A model generated the notes under the pieces. The model searched no databases. It had not been told where the DNA came from and worked only from the letters and a program-made list of their open reading frames with translations. From Monocercomonoides exilis PA203 (Eukaryota > Protista > Preaxostyla), in NCBI GenBank assembly GCA_001643675.2, contig LSRY02000011.1, positions 1,550,001 through 1,614,000 on the forward strand: a stretch of DNA of 64,000 nt, written 5' to 3'. The translations under genes and the position numbers were made by a program. This document shows, piece after piece, positions 11,501 to 26,500 of this stretch (position 1 is the first letter of the stretch; every line of letters starts with the position of its first letter).

Positions 11501-14500
11501 AGTTCGGATCATTCGATGATTTGAAATAATTTGTGATTGACGGCTGAAGTGAAGACTTTTTCAATGCTTTTTGGCGAAGAGCTTCATGATGAATCAGCCT
11601 CCTTTTCTCCATTTTGATCAAATAATTCTTGTAATTAGCAAATGACCTCTCCCTCAACTTCTCAACTGCCTCAACTCTGACAAGAGACTGACACGAAAGT
11701 ATTTGCAAGAGTCCTTCTTCTCCAATGCCATAAATAAGAAACGGATTTGACAATGGACTCGCTTCAGATCTGTTGAATGAGAAGTTTACTGCTTGAGAGG
11801 AATTTGAAGAGAACGAATATGACATTTTCATGAAGGAATGGAATTGCCTGTCAATTGGAGGAGGAAGCATTGGTGAAGAATACTTTTGCAAACTCCACGT
11901 TTGTGGAAGATCAAAATTCGAATTGTTAGTATTTGAATTGAGCGATGATGTTACATTTCGTCTTGTTGACATTGCTGTCAGCAATGGAACATAAATTTCT
12001 TCAATCGAGTGTGACAGTTCTTTCAATTGGTGCTTTTTAAGTGCAAATTCTGATTTATTGTGATTGTCAGTAGACGACTGATTCGATGAATTATTGGTGT
12101 TTGCTTCATTCTCATTGTGGCGTACAATATGTTTCCAGTATGGAAGAATCGAAGGTTTCCATACAGTTTCTGATTTCAATGAAGTCGAGGAAAGCTCGGA
12201 AGACGATGATGAGTTTGCTAAATGTGTTGATTCTGCTCTTGGAACATCTTCTGCTCGTCTGTTCTCGCTATGTCTGCGCCTTCTTCCGTTTGTGTGATTC
12301 ATTTCATTCGGATTGGTTCTTTCTTCGTCTGCATGATTCAGTTCATCCATCACATCTTCAATCAACTCCATCACATCAACATCTTCGCTTTCTCTGCGAT
12401 ATTGTCCGCTTCTCGAATCTCCTAAAGAACCGAAATGAGGCTCCCCTAATCTTCTTCTGCTCGCAAACGGGGAGCCGAAATTTCTGACTGAATCGTTCAA
12501 TTGCAGCCACGATGCTCCCATTTCTTGCAGATAAGGATCGGAATGGCCGACTGATCCCATTCCCAAGCCAAAGCTATGGCGAGGGCGATTCAAACGCTCT
12601 CCATATGCATTTCCAAGTGTTGAATGCAGCTCTCTTTGACGATGCAGCGGCCTGCGTATTCCATTAGTAATTCCACTGTTAACGATTTCCATCATGCTAT
12701 CTTCGTCATCACTGTCGTCGCTATTATCGCTGTCATCGCTATCATGAGCAGAGCTGTTGTTTTCATTGCTATTTCCATTGTTCAAGTTTTCTGCTGGTGC
12801 ATTTCCATCCACATCCATTCGTATTTCACTGGCAACCGGATGAGCTGCATCAGAATCGCTTTGAATGACTGGATTTCCCATTTGACGATGATGTATTTTC
12901 TTCTTTTTGAACAGTCCTTTTCCTGTTGTAACATGTGGGTCTGGAATAAGCAATGACAAAGACGACAACATTCCATTTATAAGAGGCATCAGTGGCTGAA
13001 TTATGCAATAGCACTGCCTCATGAAGAGTGATAATATGACATCTCGCTCATGTTCCAAATCGTTCCAGGCAGAAAGTGGAATAATTTGCTCGAATTGGCG
13101 TAAAATTGGCTCAAAAGACGGGGAGACGGTTGGCAGAGAACGACGAACAAGTGCAGGATGATTAGGCTTTGCAAGCAAAACTGCATTGTTAGTACTGGAA
13201 TTATGTGGTGACAAGACTTCACTTGTAGCAGAAGCAGAATTTGTTGACTGCGCAACACCTGATTTGGGTTCTGTTTGCATTGCTTCATTTGAAGAGGAAT
13301 TATCAGCTTCGGAAACTTTTGGAGATTCAGATGAACTGTTGCTTGACTTATTCTCAAATATTACTGAATTTGAATTATTTGCTTCTTTTTGGCTTTGCAG
13401 AACCATTTCTCTCGCTTGTTCGATTATTTCTGCTTCTGAAGCAACTATTATTGAAGATGGATAACTTGAAATATCAGGCTTTTGGCTTTCCGTACTGTCC
13501 ATTTCTGTAGATTTCTCTCCTTTTTCCTTTGATTTCTGCTCATTCATTTGCCTCTGGCTCCTGAACACATAGCCCAACCTCCCTCCTTTGCTCTGATAAA
13601 CCTCATCCTTCTTTCTCAGCAAATGGAATGTCCGTTCATTTGTCAGCACAACAGCCAGAGAGATAAGTTCCGGAATGAACAGCGAAGAGGAGATAAGAGG
13701 ATGGATAACAGTTGAAGACAGTGGAGGAAGGGCTTTTGAAGTCGAGCTAACATTTGTCTTTGAAGTTTCTTCATTTTTGCTTTCTTTCTTTTCATCATTC
13801 TGCTCCGTTGATTTTTTGGTATTTGGCGATGATTGTATTTTCTGTTCAGCATTTACCGTTTCTTTACCTTTTTCTTGATCAGATGTGGCTGATCCTTTAT
13901 TTTTCATTCGCTTTCTGGATGGCTCGTCCAACACTTCGGAATCTGCATCTTCTGATTTCTGAACGAAAAGTTCTTTCACTTCTGCTATTTTCTGCCCCTT
14001 CTTCTGTTTGATCGCTTCATTTTCCAACGGAGCAAGCAAATAATCTGACGAGACCATTCCACCAAACAAGTTCTCACTCGCATACAACGCTATCGAAAGT
14101 CCTCCTTTTCTCAGCCAAGACTTCATCACTTCGTATACAGTTCCTCCTATCAATTCCTTCCCTTCATACATTTTCATGGTGTCCGAAGCAATTTCATTGA
14201 CTTTTAAAGTTTTTGTTCTGTCTGCGGCAGACTCTCCATCTCTTTCTCTGCATCTTATTGCCTGCTCTTCTCTAATGCACGTTGAGAACGGAAGTGATGA
14301 AGAATTCATCATTTCGCTCTCGAACCGAGGAGGATAGACAGAAGAGCGCATTGGTGCAGAATAGAGCACTTTTCTGGGAGTGAGGAGAGACAAAGATGGA
14401 GCGGAGTGTGTTGATGTGCTGCTGCTTGATGTTGAAGAATCATTTGCAAAAGTATAAGCAAAATACGGATTGTACAGAGTTGGATCAAATATCGATACAG

Positions 14501-17500
14501 GAAAGCCTTCTGAGGAAGTGAACGGAGGAATGTTCTGCGATTGCGATGATATATAAGACGGAGGAAAATGGACAGTCTTCTGCTGATCTGCCACTTCAAG
14601 CACGTCCGAGATGAAACGAATCAGCTGCTCTTTGTCTTCTTGCGGGGTCAGCGGATTGAAAGGTGGGCGAAGCGATTGAGATCGAACAAACATGTCGCTC
14701 TGTTGGTTGTAGAACAAAGACATTCGACTATATGGAGATATTTGTGGAGTCGACGGAGTAAGATACGAATAGCTGTTTAAAACTGGAGTTAATGGAGATG
14801 TTGTGAACGAAGCAGAGGAAGGCACGTTTGCCATTTGATTTAAATACGCTGATTGGATTAATGGTGTTTTAACAGATGAAAAGAAGAAGGTAGAAGTACG
14901 ATAGTCCAATCTTGGCCGAGTTGCTGCTCGTGATGGTGAAGAGAAAAGAGGCGAAAGGGTGGAAGCAGCAGAAGATGTTGGTGAAGAAAGTGATCTAATA
15001 GCAACAGAGGGAGAATTCGTATAGCTTGATGATTGTGCATTATCTTGCAAAGACGAAGATGCTTGACTCAACGATGACGATAATGGTGAGGCTCCAAGAA
15101 TAGAAAATGTGGGATTCCTTTGAGGACCATCAGACGAAAACAGAGAAGGATAAAGACCGACTGAAGAAGAAGAAGGCGTCCGAGAGCTCATTTCATCCAT
15201 CCTCTTCTCTGTGTCCAAAGCACATTCCGAAGATGGTACCATCAAATGCTCCACCTCACTGTCGACTTCAATATCATTTTCACTATCGTCATCATTGCTT
15301 TCTCCATCTTCGTTGAGCATGCTTCCTTCGCTTCCAATACCTTTCCTGCCTTTGCTGTGATTTCTGATCTTTCTCGGATCCTTCGGTGCGTCTGTTCTTG
15401 GTGTCTTGAGTGTCCAAAAGAATCCGTTAATGTTGAATAGCTTCAATGGCAAAAGCGAATTTGCAGTGATTGATGCACAATAAGTATCCACATCGCTTTT
15501 CATCAAGTCGTTCATCTGCAGCATTACTTCAAATGGAGTGCGAACTGGCGTACGATCGGTTGAAGAGCGACACACTTGAACAAGTGAAGAGAAACTGTTT
15601 CCAACTGAGCTGGCCAATGTCTGAGAATTCATTTCTTCCAGATATTGCGGATTCTGAATCCAATTATCTCCTTCCCACATTCTTGCTCTAAATGCAAGTT
15701 TGATTCTATCATCGACAACTTTTTTGATTCGAGCTTCTTTCTTCAACTGCATCTCTTCTTCTTCATTTCCATCTTTTTCAAAGGAGTTCCAAATTTCCTC
15801 AGCGTCAGCTTGTCCATCATCAATGCTTTCTATTCCATATATAAAATCATTTTCCAAGTCCGTGTCAGAACTATTAAGCGCCTGATTTTGCATCTCGAAT
15901 CCTTCATCCTCGTTAAAATAAACTTGCTCACCCGAACTCGATGAGATTATTCCACTCAACGGTGAAAGCGATGACAAGACAGATTGATTGTTTTCAAAGC
16001 TAGATGCAATCGTTCTTACTGATCTATCAGCTTCCACCGATCCATTGAATTCGCCAAAGAGAGCAGAATTGTTTTGCATTTGTTGGTTGTTATTTTGCAG
16101 AGCATTGCCAAATTCAACAATCGGACCTGACTCATTGAGTGTTTGTTCTTCTTCTGGATTAATAATCAGATGCTGTTCATTACTTTGTTCAGATTCAGCT
16201 CTGGAGAGTTCATAATAATCTTCAGGAATCATTTCAAGATTGCCATGATGATTTGTGCTTTCATTGAACTGATATACACTTTGTTGCTCTGTTGAAGGTT
16301 GAAGCGTTTGCATTTCATTTTGCAACATTGATTGAGAATCACTTGGATTTAAGACAGGGAAATGATATTCATTCAAATAATTATTTGAACCACGCGCGAC
16401 ATTTGACACATCTTCCAATACATCCAGCAACTGCCTATATGTGTTGGAGACTTCTTCTCTTGAGCCTGCCCCTGCTTGCATTGATTCATTTGCAATTGTT
16501 CTGCTTTGTTGGCTAAGCCTTTCTCTAATTTCTTCTGTTCCCAGACCAGCTTCGTGCAAATTGAGTATTTCTGAGTCAAGCCGATCCTGAGCAGATGACC
16601 CATGTTGAACAGAATCAGATTGCGACGAAAACTGTTCTGCGTCGCTTGCATCATATGATTCAGTAAATTGCATATTTCTTTCAGGAGCATCTGCATTTGA
16701 ATGCTGATGATTTTCTTCAATATCAGTTTCAGATTCAATTGAATTACGTTGAGCAAAAGAATCATCACCAGTCTCATTGTCTTCGTCTTGAGTAGTTGAA
16801 GAAAGTGTCTCTGATAACTCTTCAGCCTCATGAACATTGTTAATTGCACTCGAAGTATCAAAAAGAATTGTCTCACTGACATCAGCCAATCTGTTTCCAT
16901 TAATATTCATTGGCCCCTCATTATCACCCTGCAAAATGGACTGTACAGAAGCAGCTTCAACAACATTTTGAGATGATCCATCTTGTTCAACTTCTGGAAT
17001 GTCAAACTGATTCATATAAAGCACATCGTCATCATCTGACTCTCTCATCAGTGTGTGCTGTGACTGAGCCGTTGCAGGCGAATTGTTTTGTCGATGATTG
17101 GAATCAACGTAGCGACTTTGTGGATGCGAATGAATTATCGATGAAGAGTTCAAAGGAGTAGCTTGTACATTTTGTTGTATTGTGCTGTTGTCAGAAGACT
17201 GCTCGCCAGATGAAAGAGCGGGTGGCATGTGCTCATCTTGATTGCCTCCAGTGTTCATTGATCTCACTCTGATTGAACTGAGTTGCTCTTCGCTTGTTCT
17301 TCTCCTCCCATCAATTTGAGCATCATCTCCTTCATTGAGATAATCATTAAAGACCCAGCTCTGAGTAGTAAAGCTTCGTTGTGTTGTTCTACTCAGCAAA
17401 TTATTAGAAGCTGTCAATGTCCCTGTTCTTAAAGCAGCGTTTTGCGTTGCAAGGGCATCTGTTTGATCATCTGTGGATGGAACAACAAGAGTCCTCGAAG

Positions 17501-20500
17501 GTGTCAGAGTGGGAACTGAAAAAGAATCAGGGTCTGCTTCTCTCGATGGCTCATCATTGTTGAGTTGCCCTGAATTCCGCTCATTTGCCTTTTTATTGTT
17601 TTCATCAGCAACTTTAATAACTGTGTTCACTGTGTTATCTTTTGCACGCGAATAAATCTCATTATTGCTGCTTTCCAACTCGTTTAATGTTGATGTGGAC
17701 AACAAGAATGGCTTCGGCAAGAATCTTGTTACGTCTGTGGAATATGGAAGTGAAGGAAGCTTCCAAGATTTCCTCCAAATGTTCTGAATTGGCCTTTCAT
17801 CGTATTGCAAAGAATTCTGTTTTTGCTTGCTTTCCTCAATCACCAAATTTATATACTTTCTTTCAAGTTGTTCCATAGTTGGTATTAATAAAAGTATTTT
17901 GCGTTTTAATAATGAAATAATTGAATTTGATTTTGAACCTTCTGTCTGCGTGCTATTGGAACTGTTCATCTGCAAAAAGAAATCTTGGGCATGCTCCGAA
18001 GACTGAGTTTGAATCGTCCGTTGAGAGATTTTCAAAAATGATCGTGTTTGCAGCTGAGTGATACAATCTGATAGGACTCTTATTAGGGAGTGCATGCGCC
18101 TGAGCACTTCAACCTTATCTCCTTTGATCTCTGATAACTTTCTCTTCACAAGAAGTGTTTCATCCGTCTCCACACTGTCACTTGAATGAATGTCCGTGTT
18201 ATTCAGTGATGAATGAGTTCCAAGTGGAGAATGCTTAGCATGAGAACGATTTGGCGAAGAATGTGAATGAGACAGCTTTGCTGGATTAAGAAGTGGATTG
18301 ACTATGGAAAATCCAGAGGAATGCGAGCGAGGAACCTGAGGAGTGGCATACGATTCGGTCAGCAATTGTTGCTGACTTGTGTGTGGAGGATGGAGCAGTT
18401 GGGGATGCACAGCATCAAATCGTGCGTGATCAGCATCAACTGGAGATGCCAATGCAGTGATTGGGTCAAAAGTCGAGATATGATTGCCAATGGTTCTTCT
18501 TTCTGAGGAAGAAGGAGAATGTGCGGATAATGTTGCTAATGGAGAAGAACCCGACAGCTGATTCAATGATGAACTAGAAATGTTTGCATTTGGAGTGTTG
18601 TAAGAGGCTGCGCTGAGAGGAATAGGCAACTCTCTATTCGTCTCAGCCGATTGCCGCAAAGGTGATGCATGAGCAGGTTGTGCTGTACCAATTTGACGAG
18701 AAGGAGATCCAGCATCGATAAATGAAAGTTCAGAAGAAAATGTCACCGTTCTTCTGTGTTCACCAGAATACGGTGTGGACCTTCGAGTCCTTGTCCTATT
18801 CGACACAGGAGTGGCATTTGCAAACATCCTGTTGGGGTTAGAAAACGACGTCTGTGCTGGTGATATTGGAGATGATGAAGGAGAAAACAGCAAAGATGAA
18901 GATGCAGGTGCTGGTGATCTCGAAGGGTTATGCGAAGAAGCTGTAGCCATTTGCATCGAAGCAGAAGCAGTTTGAGAAGATGATGCGACATTAATGTGAG
19001 ACGAATTCGCAAGTGCAGGTGACATCGTGTTTGCTGTGCTGTTGCGTGAAGCATTTGAAATAGAATTATCCTCGTTGATAGTTGGAAGGGGCAGATGACT
19101 TCTTGAAGCTGATCCGCCGACTCGTGGCAATTGAGAATTTAATTCATGAAGCGAAGGAAGATAACCTAATGAACCAAACAGATAATAATCTGCTCTTTGA
19201 CTTTCAGCCATTGATGGATCATTCATAAGCCTCCGGGCTGGAATATCCCGTGGGCGTCTTGATCGCAATCGATTGACATGCATTCGACGTCGGCGTTCAA
19301 ACTCTTGAGAAATTGATGATATATGCTCCTGAAATGAATTTAATGGCATAAAATAAATTTCTAATGGACTAAATTTACGCTGCTTCTGCCCACTTTCCTG
19401 AACTCGCGGCTTTTCTCTCTCTTTTTCTTTATCCATCTTCTTTTTGGCATCGCTCAAACTTTTGAGTAACTCAGTCTTTGCCAATGCCTCATATCTCTTT
19501 GGCACATAAAGTGGCATTGTTTCTGTCAAATTTGCATTCTTTGATGCTTTTGCCAGCTCAATTGGCGATGAAGAAAGCAACGGGAAAGGAAGAGACACCA
19601 ACGGAGAAAGTGTCTTATACGAAGCACTGTCGAGCATGTCGTCGCTGTAGCCAGGATATGAAAATTCTTCAATTCCCATTTTGACAAACATCTCCCTTTG
19701 ATCCTTCACACTGCCCAGCGTTCTTATTCCAGAAACCATTGCCGACAGAAGAACCGGGCCCCATTTGAGATGGTGTGCAACAGGAGCAGAAGAATTGAGG
19801 ATGAGGGTAGTGTGCGTTTGGATAACATTCAGAATGTATTTCAAAACAGTGAAGAAGAAATAATCGTTCGCGCAGAATGGGCCGAGCAAGCGAGCAACTT
19901 CAAACATTGAGAAACGAGATGAAATGGTTGCAGGAATGCCAAATGTTCTTTGTTGGGCTGGACTTCCTTGCGTGGGCATGTGACTTGAAGCAGAAGAAGA
20001 ATCAGATGGAAGTTGATTGATCTGCTTTGATACAGTGAAATTAAAAATCTTTGGAGGAGATGAAATAATTGAAAGAAGTGTATGCAGAGTTGATGATAAA
20101 ATGCTTTCAACAGGAGCGAACGAAAACAGCGAAATTTCTTTCGGGAGTAATGACACAGTATGCAGACGATGAACCAAAGGATACTTCAATTGAAGCTGTG
20201 AACGATCTAATGAAGACAACTTTGAGCTTTCTTTTTGACTGAGCAACAAGGAGGAAGAGGAGGAAGAAGAATCATAAGTTTGATGAGCAACATAATAAAC
20301 ACATGGCAGATACGCAAACGGTGCCAAAGGTCTTGTAACCAGCGTATCTTGAGGTGAAAGTGCTGTTTCAAACATTCTGATGAGAGTCGACGATGGAAGC
20401 ATTCGAACGAATTGGTGTTGTCGTTTAGCCAATGGCAACTGAGTCAAAAATTGTGAGCTTTTATCTGTTTCGCCTTTAGAAGAAGTATCTTGAGCTTTTT

Positions 20501-23500
20501 CATTTTTCGTTGATGGCTTTGAAGAGTTCTCTCCTGCACTTTCTTTTCCTTCATTTCCTTTACATTTTTTTCCATTTGTCTCGTTCATGAGTCCGTTTGG
20601 ATCTTTCAGCATTAAATCAACATCTGAAATAAAACCAGCTCTGCTAAGTGCAAAAGGAATAGGAGAACTGTCAATAAGCATTGCAGACGCAGGTGCTTGG
20701 CCAATTGTTGAGCCCACCACTGTGCAAATATTGACAATCATGTGCTTGATTTGAGGAGATATAAATTCGACCATTGGAATATCCTTCATATGCATAAAAT
20801 AATCAAACAAAGTTGGATTTCTGCGGATTTCTTTCGGATCCAAACGACCAGTAAACTGTATCATAGTGGTAAGGAGTGGACGCAAATGAGGAGAAACATA
20901 TATTGAGCTTCCAGTTGAATCCGACAAAATGCTTCTCATCTTCAAAAAGTCTGTATGATAATACTTATTCCGTTTAATTTCATTGGAATCATTTCTCGAA
21001 CTTTCAATGTCAATTAGAAGATTCAGAATATCAGTTCTTTTTGCTGCCATAGCTGCAGCCATTAAAGGCATTGTATCACACAAGTAATATATTAGATTCA
21101 AAATAGATATTATTCGTGCATGGCAGTGAGTAAGCCAATATTTTATTCTTTCATTTAAAACTGGTTCGAATTTTGTGATCCTTCTTGCAGATGTGTCATT
21201 CATTAACGAAAGCTCCTCAATTTCTTGCGGATTCGTTTCATGCACATCCAATTTCTTTTCTTTATTTTTATCATTTTTTTGACTTTGCGTACTGCTGGAA
21301 ACTCGGGCAGTTGCTTGCTCATTCTGTTTCTTTAAATAGATTTGCCGGCAGACATTCAAATTGATGCAAATCAGCTGGATCAAAAAGAACATTGCAAGCT
21401 GTCGCATAACGCTGTGAAGACTCAAAACAGTCATAAGCGAACGAAGCAATTCAAATTGTTGAAGCGTTTGATTGATTGGAAGATCTGTGATTGCATACAG
21501 AAGTGAAGTCAAATATGAGAGTTGTGCTGTTGAAGTTAAAAGTGTAATTTGCAGCGATGAGATTCGATGAGACCCGGATGAAGTCTCATTCTCAGAAGAA
21601 GATGCAGACGCAGATGCAGACGAAGTTGAAAGAGAAGATGCGCTTTCTGTCTGAGTGCTCGTTGAGGATGTATTTTTGTTTGTGCAAATTGGATATTCGT
21701 TGGCATAATCTCTTTCATCCGCGCTTAGCACAGCATCGTCTCCAAACACAGAAAGGCCAGCATACTTTGAGAGAAAATGAAGAGATGCTGTTTGCTGTGC
21801 AAGCGAAGACGTGAACAAACTTTGATATTCGTTCCTTTTTCTTCGCTTGTCGAATATTCTGGAAAGACGAAGGATAACTTTTTCTGTGTGTGTAGCTGGA
21901 ATATCAATACTTAAACCTTCCATTGGAAGTGACAGTTTCTTTTGCTGCTGCATCTTTTTCTCTGCAGGTTGAGTCGAAGAGCCAGATGATCCTTCTGTTG
22001 AAGCATTGCTTGATTCTTGCTGGGTATTCAAAGCAGAAGCATCAGCAGAAGCAGCAGCAGATGATGATGATGACTGTTGGGATTCTGCAGGCGGAACAGA
22101 AGTTGGAGCAGCTGAACTTCCTAATGAGGATAATGAAGAAGAAGAAGAAGATGATGACGACGATGACGAAGAAAGTGTTGATGATGCTCCTTGAGTTTCT
22201 GAACGTGATGCCGGTTGATTTCTTCTTGGGACATTCAGACTTTGCATGCCAAACTCTGAGAGATCAAAAAATGGCATCGAGTTTATACCAGGAACTTGCA
22301 GGCCTTGATAACTTGAGGAAGAGCTATGCTGATGGTTGTCAAACAACGGTGCGAAGATATCTCCGAATATAACAGATGGACGAGAAGATTCAAGTGCGGC
22401 AGATTCATTTAGTGGCAGTGGAGGGAAATTCGGATTTAAAGACATGAAACGCAAGGAGCTTCCGTGTCTATTATCTGCTTCATCTTCGCCTAACCTCGAA
22501 GCAAATGGATTTCCAAAGTTGGCATTTGTAAATCTCTCAGAGCTCGAAGTGCTTCTGTAATCTCTTGCAAGCAGATATGATCGAATGGGGTCGCTGGATT
22601 GTGAGTCAGGTTCAAAAGTGGTTGGAATGGTCGAGAGAATTCCAGTTGCCACATCAGTTCCGCTGATCATCGGAGCAGTGTTTGCGACCAAGTCAAACGG
22701 ATTGTTCATTCGTGAAATGGATGGAATTAATTGATAAGAATGAGAACGAAGGCGCAGCGTGTTCAGTGAATGTGCTGGAAGCGATGGATTGATCAATGGT
22801 GAATCATTGTCTCTGTTCATAAGAACAGAAGTACGTGCGACCCTCAGTCGTTGAGGATGCCGAATGATATACGACATCCATCCAGCCGATTCATCAAAAT
22901 ATTTGATTCTTTCTCCTTCTTTCATTTGTTGCGCAAACTTGCCGTTTTTACCATTTTTTCGTCTTTCTTCTCGTTTTGCTGCGTTTCGTTTCTTTTCGCT
23001 TATTCGGTTCATCTCATTCACACGGGACTCGCAATAACGGAACCTGTCTCTCAAATTTCCATTTCTAACAGCCACTGACCGCATTGCTCTGCGAAGCTGG
23101 TTTCTTTCTCTGGCTGTGCGCGCTGAACGCTCAAGAAGAGTCAAATCAGCAGAAGTCCAATCATTTTCTCTATTTTCTTCCTCAAAGTTGCCTGCACGCA
23201 CAAGTGCTCTTCTGGATTCATGCAATCTTTGATTCAAAAGACGAGAATCACTCGATTCCAACTCAGACTCACCAGTTGGAGTTGTTGATCTATTCTCTTC
23301 GTTGCTTTCTTGATCCGTGCTCTCTTCCTCTAACTCAGAGTCAATGTTCAACAGCCCGCTTTCCACGATGGATTCAGAGCGATGTGCTCTTCCCAAGCGA
23401 GTTTGAGAGGCAATATCTGCGGAGTCTGTGTTTTCTTCTTGTTCGTCATTCGTCTCATTCTCTTCATCACGGCTTCTGATGAGGTTCATTAAAAATTCAT

Positions 23501-26500
23501 TCAGCTCTCCTTCAGTGATTTCGACTGTCTCATCATTTCCTTCTTCATCTGAAGAGTCAGGGCTCCTCAAAATGCTGCGTGAAAAGATCTCTTCGATAAT
23601 GCTTTCCGAGTCAATTGATTCTTCATCATCCTCATCCGCTTCTTCATCATCCTCTCCTTCACTATCTTCGTCTTCTCTCAGAGCAAAAATCGGATTAAGC
23701 AAATATTCCAGTGATCTCATTGCTCGAAGCCTGTTATTTATGGTGGAATTAGAGTTGCTCAGAGAAGACAGACTCTCAATGGTGCTGTGCAGTCCACTTG
23801 GATCTGAGACAGCGCTTCCAATATGAGAAGAATGGAGTAGATGGCGATGCGAAGAACTTAAACCACTAAAGCTGCTGGACGAGTCTTCATCACTGTCTGA
23901 ACTGTCAGAATCGCTCCTGAGTGAACCATGCTGCGATTCGTCGCTATCCCAACTGTCCCGCTCCTCAGACGAGTCATCAAAATGTTGATTCTCTGACTCT
24001 TCGCTTTGCGAAAGAGTTCTTTCGTATCTTGGTATCTCCGAGCGTAGTCGTTCGCTATATTCATGAAGTCCTTGCAACCCACGAACAACACCAATTCCTC
24101 CATTATCCATTTCAAAGGATACCCCTGTCTGTGAAGGTTGAAAGGCTGTTTGACCTATCCTATGCATTCGCGGATTGTTCATCCCTTCTTGTGCACGAAT
24201 GGCATCCTGCTGTATCTGGTGCTGTCTTTGGGCTTCAGCAGCTATCCTTTCTCTCACTCGATACACTTCAGCTTGGAGATGCTCTGGCAGCAGCTGAATT
24301 CTGTCTTCTGGAAGCTGTGCCATTGCGTCTTGTCTTGCTCCCATCGGAAGAGTTGAAAGAAGAAGAACCAAGTTGTCTATCTCATCATTCTCTGGCGCAG
24401 CAGCTGAGCCTTGCTGTTGAGCAGCTTGCATTCCTGCCTGCGCAAGCACTTCTTGTTGTAGCTCAATTGGCAATGCTGCGAGAAATGAAGGAGAAATACG
24501 TCCATCAGCGTTTCCTTCTTGCTGCTGTGGTTGTTGCTCATTCTGTGGGTGTGCTTCTTCTTGTGGCTGAGGTTGTTGCTGTGGTTGATTTTGAGGTTGC
24601 TCTTGTGATTGAGGTTGAGCCTGGTCTTGTTCATGATGTGCGTCTATTTGTGCAGATTGTTCGAGATTTTCTTCTTGCTGGACAGAATTAGATGAATCAA
24701 TGTTCAATGCTTGATTGTTAATTGGAGGTATCTCCTGATTCGCATTGGATGGAGGCTGATCAGAAAGCTGCGAAACAGCTGAATTTGCTGATGAATTGTT
24801 TGGCTCAATAATTTGCTGAATTTGTTCATTGCTATCTTGCTGTTGCTGATTGTTTTGTCCTTGAATTTGCTCAGGTTCTTCAATGTCCATTCTAATATTG
24901 GCATTTTCATCATTCTGCTGATCCGAGTTTTGGTTGTTCGCTTCATTTGGAGGTTCAATCGTGGCAACAGTCTCTGGAACAAGAACAGACATTGGAACGT
25001 TCTCCATCAAAAGAGACGAGTGCACTCGAACAGGCGATGGAATATGTTGATCTGATGCATTTGAAGATGTCTGATTCACATCATCCATATCTCCTTGCGT
25101 TGGCTGACTGCTTTGATTTTCAGTAGATGTTGGTTGCTCATTGGAAGAATTTGAAGAATTTGAAGAAGAAACAGTAGAATCTTCAACGTCCATTGCAGAA
25201 GACTGCAGCTGAAGCGAAGTGTCTTTTGACGAAGATGCGTGCGACAATGATGAGCTCATGTTCTTCATAACTTCTGTTGATTCAGGAAGTTCTGTTTCTG
25301 TGAGCTTTGTTCTGAGTGGGTTATTCACTGTTATTTTTGAATGGAACAACATTATAAGAGCAACAACACTGTAAACAATTTCAGAGACTAAGCAAATTGG
25401 CGTGGCAAAATGAGAAAATATTAACAGAACAGCATCACGAAATTCTTTGGTGCTCTTCTTTGAACCGTCAAACGGATTCATCGAGCCCAGTAACTTCAAC
25501 ACATACAGCGGAGAAGGTGTACCAAATGCATCCAAAAATTGCGATTTTTCAGTCTCGTTCCTATTCAAATTATTTACATTCTCATTTATCATTGAAGAGA
25601 ACCTTTCATCCATCCCGATTGGTTGAAGGCTCATCTGGTTATCATTTTCACCTTCAACAGCAGAAACGCTTCTGAAAGGAGCAGACACGAATGTTGGTGG
25701 AGAAAATGCCATAAATGGTTGAGTGGGGCAAGGCGATTGTACTGAAGAAAAAGATGAATCGACAAGCTGCGAAGAAGGCAGCCGGAACGTATCTGAGACA
25801 TTTGGAAAGTAACTAGCAGCTGCTGGTGAAATAGCAGATCTTGAGCTTGCTGTCAGTGCATTTGCATTGAACAATTGTGGATACATCGAAAAAGACGAAC
25901 CAATTGATGAAGACTGAGACATCATCGGCATTTGCACCGATATCAAGGAAGGTGAGTTGATCTGCCGCCCGATTCCGTTCATCACATGATCAACGTCCAT
26001 TCGGAATCCATCGTCAAATAGTTGCACAAGAGGTACAGATGGAACAATGCCAGACAAAACATCGTCATTCAGCCGGACAGTTCCAAGGCGCGGTGCAGGT
26101 GGAGGAGACCACGTGGGAGGAGAGCCTGGCTGAGAAGGTGGAGGAGAAGATGAAGAGGAAAATGGAGAAGATGAGGATGAATGTATAGAATTATCTGCAG
26201 GTGGCTGCTGAAGAGCAGATAAGGGGCCATCAGACGTATGTGTAACTTCACCTTGAGACTGTGTTTGTATTCCATTTAAAACTATGTTTTGCTGGCTGTA
26301 AGATTCCCCGCCAATCGAGAATATTGAATCCTCAGTTGAATTTGGCTCATTTCTTTCAATTGCTACTCCAAGTGCGCTGTTTTCTGGGTCTAATGCCACC
26401 ATGTTTTCCTTTTCCCAACTGTCAAAATCTGTGCTTGAATTGAAATTTGTGCAATGTTTCAGATTTTTTCTTCTGATTGCAGCAAAGCGATTGTACTTTG

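Noticed and set aside
23921-24691. 256-aa Leu/Val-rich + strand ORF that looks membrane-like
   Set aside because: The reverse complement of Gln-rich codons in the ligase; a compositional artefact.
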